A stretch of DNA of 64,000 nucleotides, taken from assembly GCF_964355755.1 (NCBI RefSeq), contig NC_092677.1, forward strand, positions 24,477,175-24,541,174. Reading direction: 5' to 3'. Position 1 is the first letter of the stretch, and every line of letters starts with the position of its first letter. Positions 62,258-64,000 of this stretch are shown one piece after another. Source of the stretch: Antedon mediterranea. Its lineage: Eukaryota > Animalia > Echinodermata. The translations under genes were made by a program, and so were the position numbers. The notes beneath the pieces are model-generated. The model saw only the letters and a list, made by a program, of their open reading frames with translations, searched no databases and was not told where the DNA came from.

Positions 62258-64000
62258 TAGTTTTACTTGTATGACGGGTAGATTGAAAATACTATATTTG
62301 AGTACTTAATAACAGCAAGATTAAGCTATATATTATTACTGTATTTTGAAGAAACTGCTAATTTTGAGTTTTATAATTATTCCTAACGGCATTACGAATA
62401 TTATTTGTAAGTAACTTAAAAAAGATAAGGAATATGTATGTCAGGTATGTAGGTCTACATTAACCGCATTAACGCGGCGAATGAAGAATGAATCCAAAAA
62501 CAAATGTTGTTTATCCTGCAACTATGCTGGATTTTTCCAACACACTTTGAACTCCATCTGCTTCAAATTTAGGCTTTTCTTTCCGCGTTATACACTTTTA
62601 GGTACAACAAATCATTTTCACTTCATTTATACACCGTTTTCTTAAATTAATTGAGATTCTAACATATATGAACAATTTGATCAATTAGGTGAAATGTACG
62701 ATGGCACGTTTTAGACTTTTGAAGCTTAAAGAGCCCAGATTATCATGTTCCTATTGTTTTTACTTTTTTGAGTCTAATAAAGATGTATATATCGAATGAC
62801 AGTCAGCATTAAAAGTACTTATGTTTGTATTTTACGTGGGGCGTAAACTTTGTCAATACGTTGGTACAATCGACAGCATCAACATCAAACAATATATTGA
62901 TTTTTATTTCTATCTGGAAAATCAATGAACTTCTGAATTTCCACACAGTGAACAGCTGCGCCTCACATATTGTACTGTTAGCCGATTTGTTTAATATTGA
63001 TTATTATTATAATAATGGTTTCGCAATTTCAAAGTGTACACATAACAACAATATATACAATGTTATTATACACTTACTACAGGCGATACTGTTTCGTTAG
63101 AGAAAGGAATTAACGCCCTCTACAAAGTTGTGGTTTTACAGTAATACACGTGAGAAGACTGCATACTTTTCTGAGAAAACGTGAAAACATTAAGAGAAAT
63201 AATTGAGTAAATTAACGCCGTTGTTTAAGAGTATTTTAAGAAACGATCGGTGAGTTAATCTATTTTATTGTATTAAACGTGATTATAAAAGTATTAGTTA
63301 TATTAGAACGATTTAAATGCCGAAATCATAGTCTATAAATACGGTAACAGTATAGATAGTTAGTGAACTTAAAGTTTGAAAGAGAGTTGACTGTATGTTT
63401 AATTACTTAATCAACATTATAGCTTATGGTTGAACTAAGTTGTGGATTGAATGATACGGCATATGTATTAGTAATGCATGTTAGTTGTAGATGTTTAAGA
63501 ACATTATATTATTGGAACTATATTCTATCCGTGTATTAATGTAAGAGTAAAATGTTAGTAATGTTCTGTACAAGTACATAACGCGGATTGATATCATTTT
63601 GAGTTTCTATTGTGCTGAGGTTGGGGTTCGGCTCGTGAATGTTGATCCCTGATTAATGGTATTTTGTGGTTAGAAGTTTTTGAGTGTAGAAAGATAAGGA
63701 GAGATTTTATTACTTTGATTTGATCTACTTTTATTAGTTTTGAGCTTACAATTTTACGGAATGATTTAACATGTATAAACGTTCTTGTGTTTTTTTTAGG
63801 TGATATTTAACATTTCAATGTTCAAGCTGTTGAGTAATTTGAGTTGAGTTTTGGATGTCGAAAAGTGTAAGTTTGCGTATACACTTTGATCATGAGCTGA
63901 ACTTTAATTTTAATTATAAATAGCTTAGATTATACATTTGTTACTGAGTTAAACGTTCTAGGATTTACGTATAGTATTGTATTTTTATTGATAGGTTCGA

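Noticed and set aside
62260-64000. 3' end of the window, including ORF 62825-63100
   Set aside because: AT-rich sequence with no coherent exon chain or motif that I can support.

Overview
AT-rich eukaryotic genomic DNA with spliceosomal introns (animal, probably a marine invertebrate; taxon is inference only), so the ORF track misses most real genes. All protein-coding host genes are on the + strand and form an immune-type cluster. (1) 1720-10188 is the 3' part of an LRR-containing GPCR (RXFP/GRL101-like type C LGR). Its ectodomain includes ten tandemly duplicated 72-bp phase-2/2 LRR exons hidden in what looks like a satellite, and they vary almost only at the LRR concave-face positions. (2) Four copies of an NLR-like gene are in different states of decay. 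The reconstructed architecture is tandem DED - linker - single transmembrane helix - NACHT - LRR. Copy A is a remnant (~11.5-11.9 kb); copy B has an open DED-DED-TM half (16786-22898); copy C is an open 1404-aa ORF (half-NACHT plus expanded LRR, 48374-52588); copy D is full length but disrupted (56958-61185). (3) A complete 15-exon BPI/LBP-family gene (33586-42705, 483 aa) has a signal peptide and ends in KDEL. Between these lie LINE relics (CR1/L2-like, L1/Tx1-like), a triple tandem Helitron, a broken pogo-like transposase, MITEs and foldbacks, minisatellites and probable P-type excision footprints. All gene models were built by hand from splice signals and frame continuity; none has been checked against transcripts or databases.
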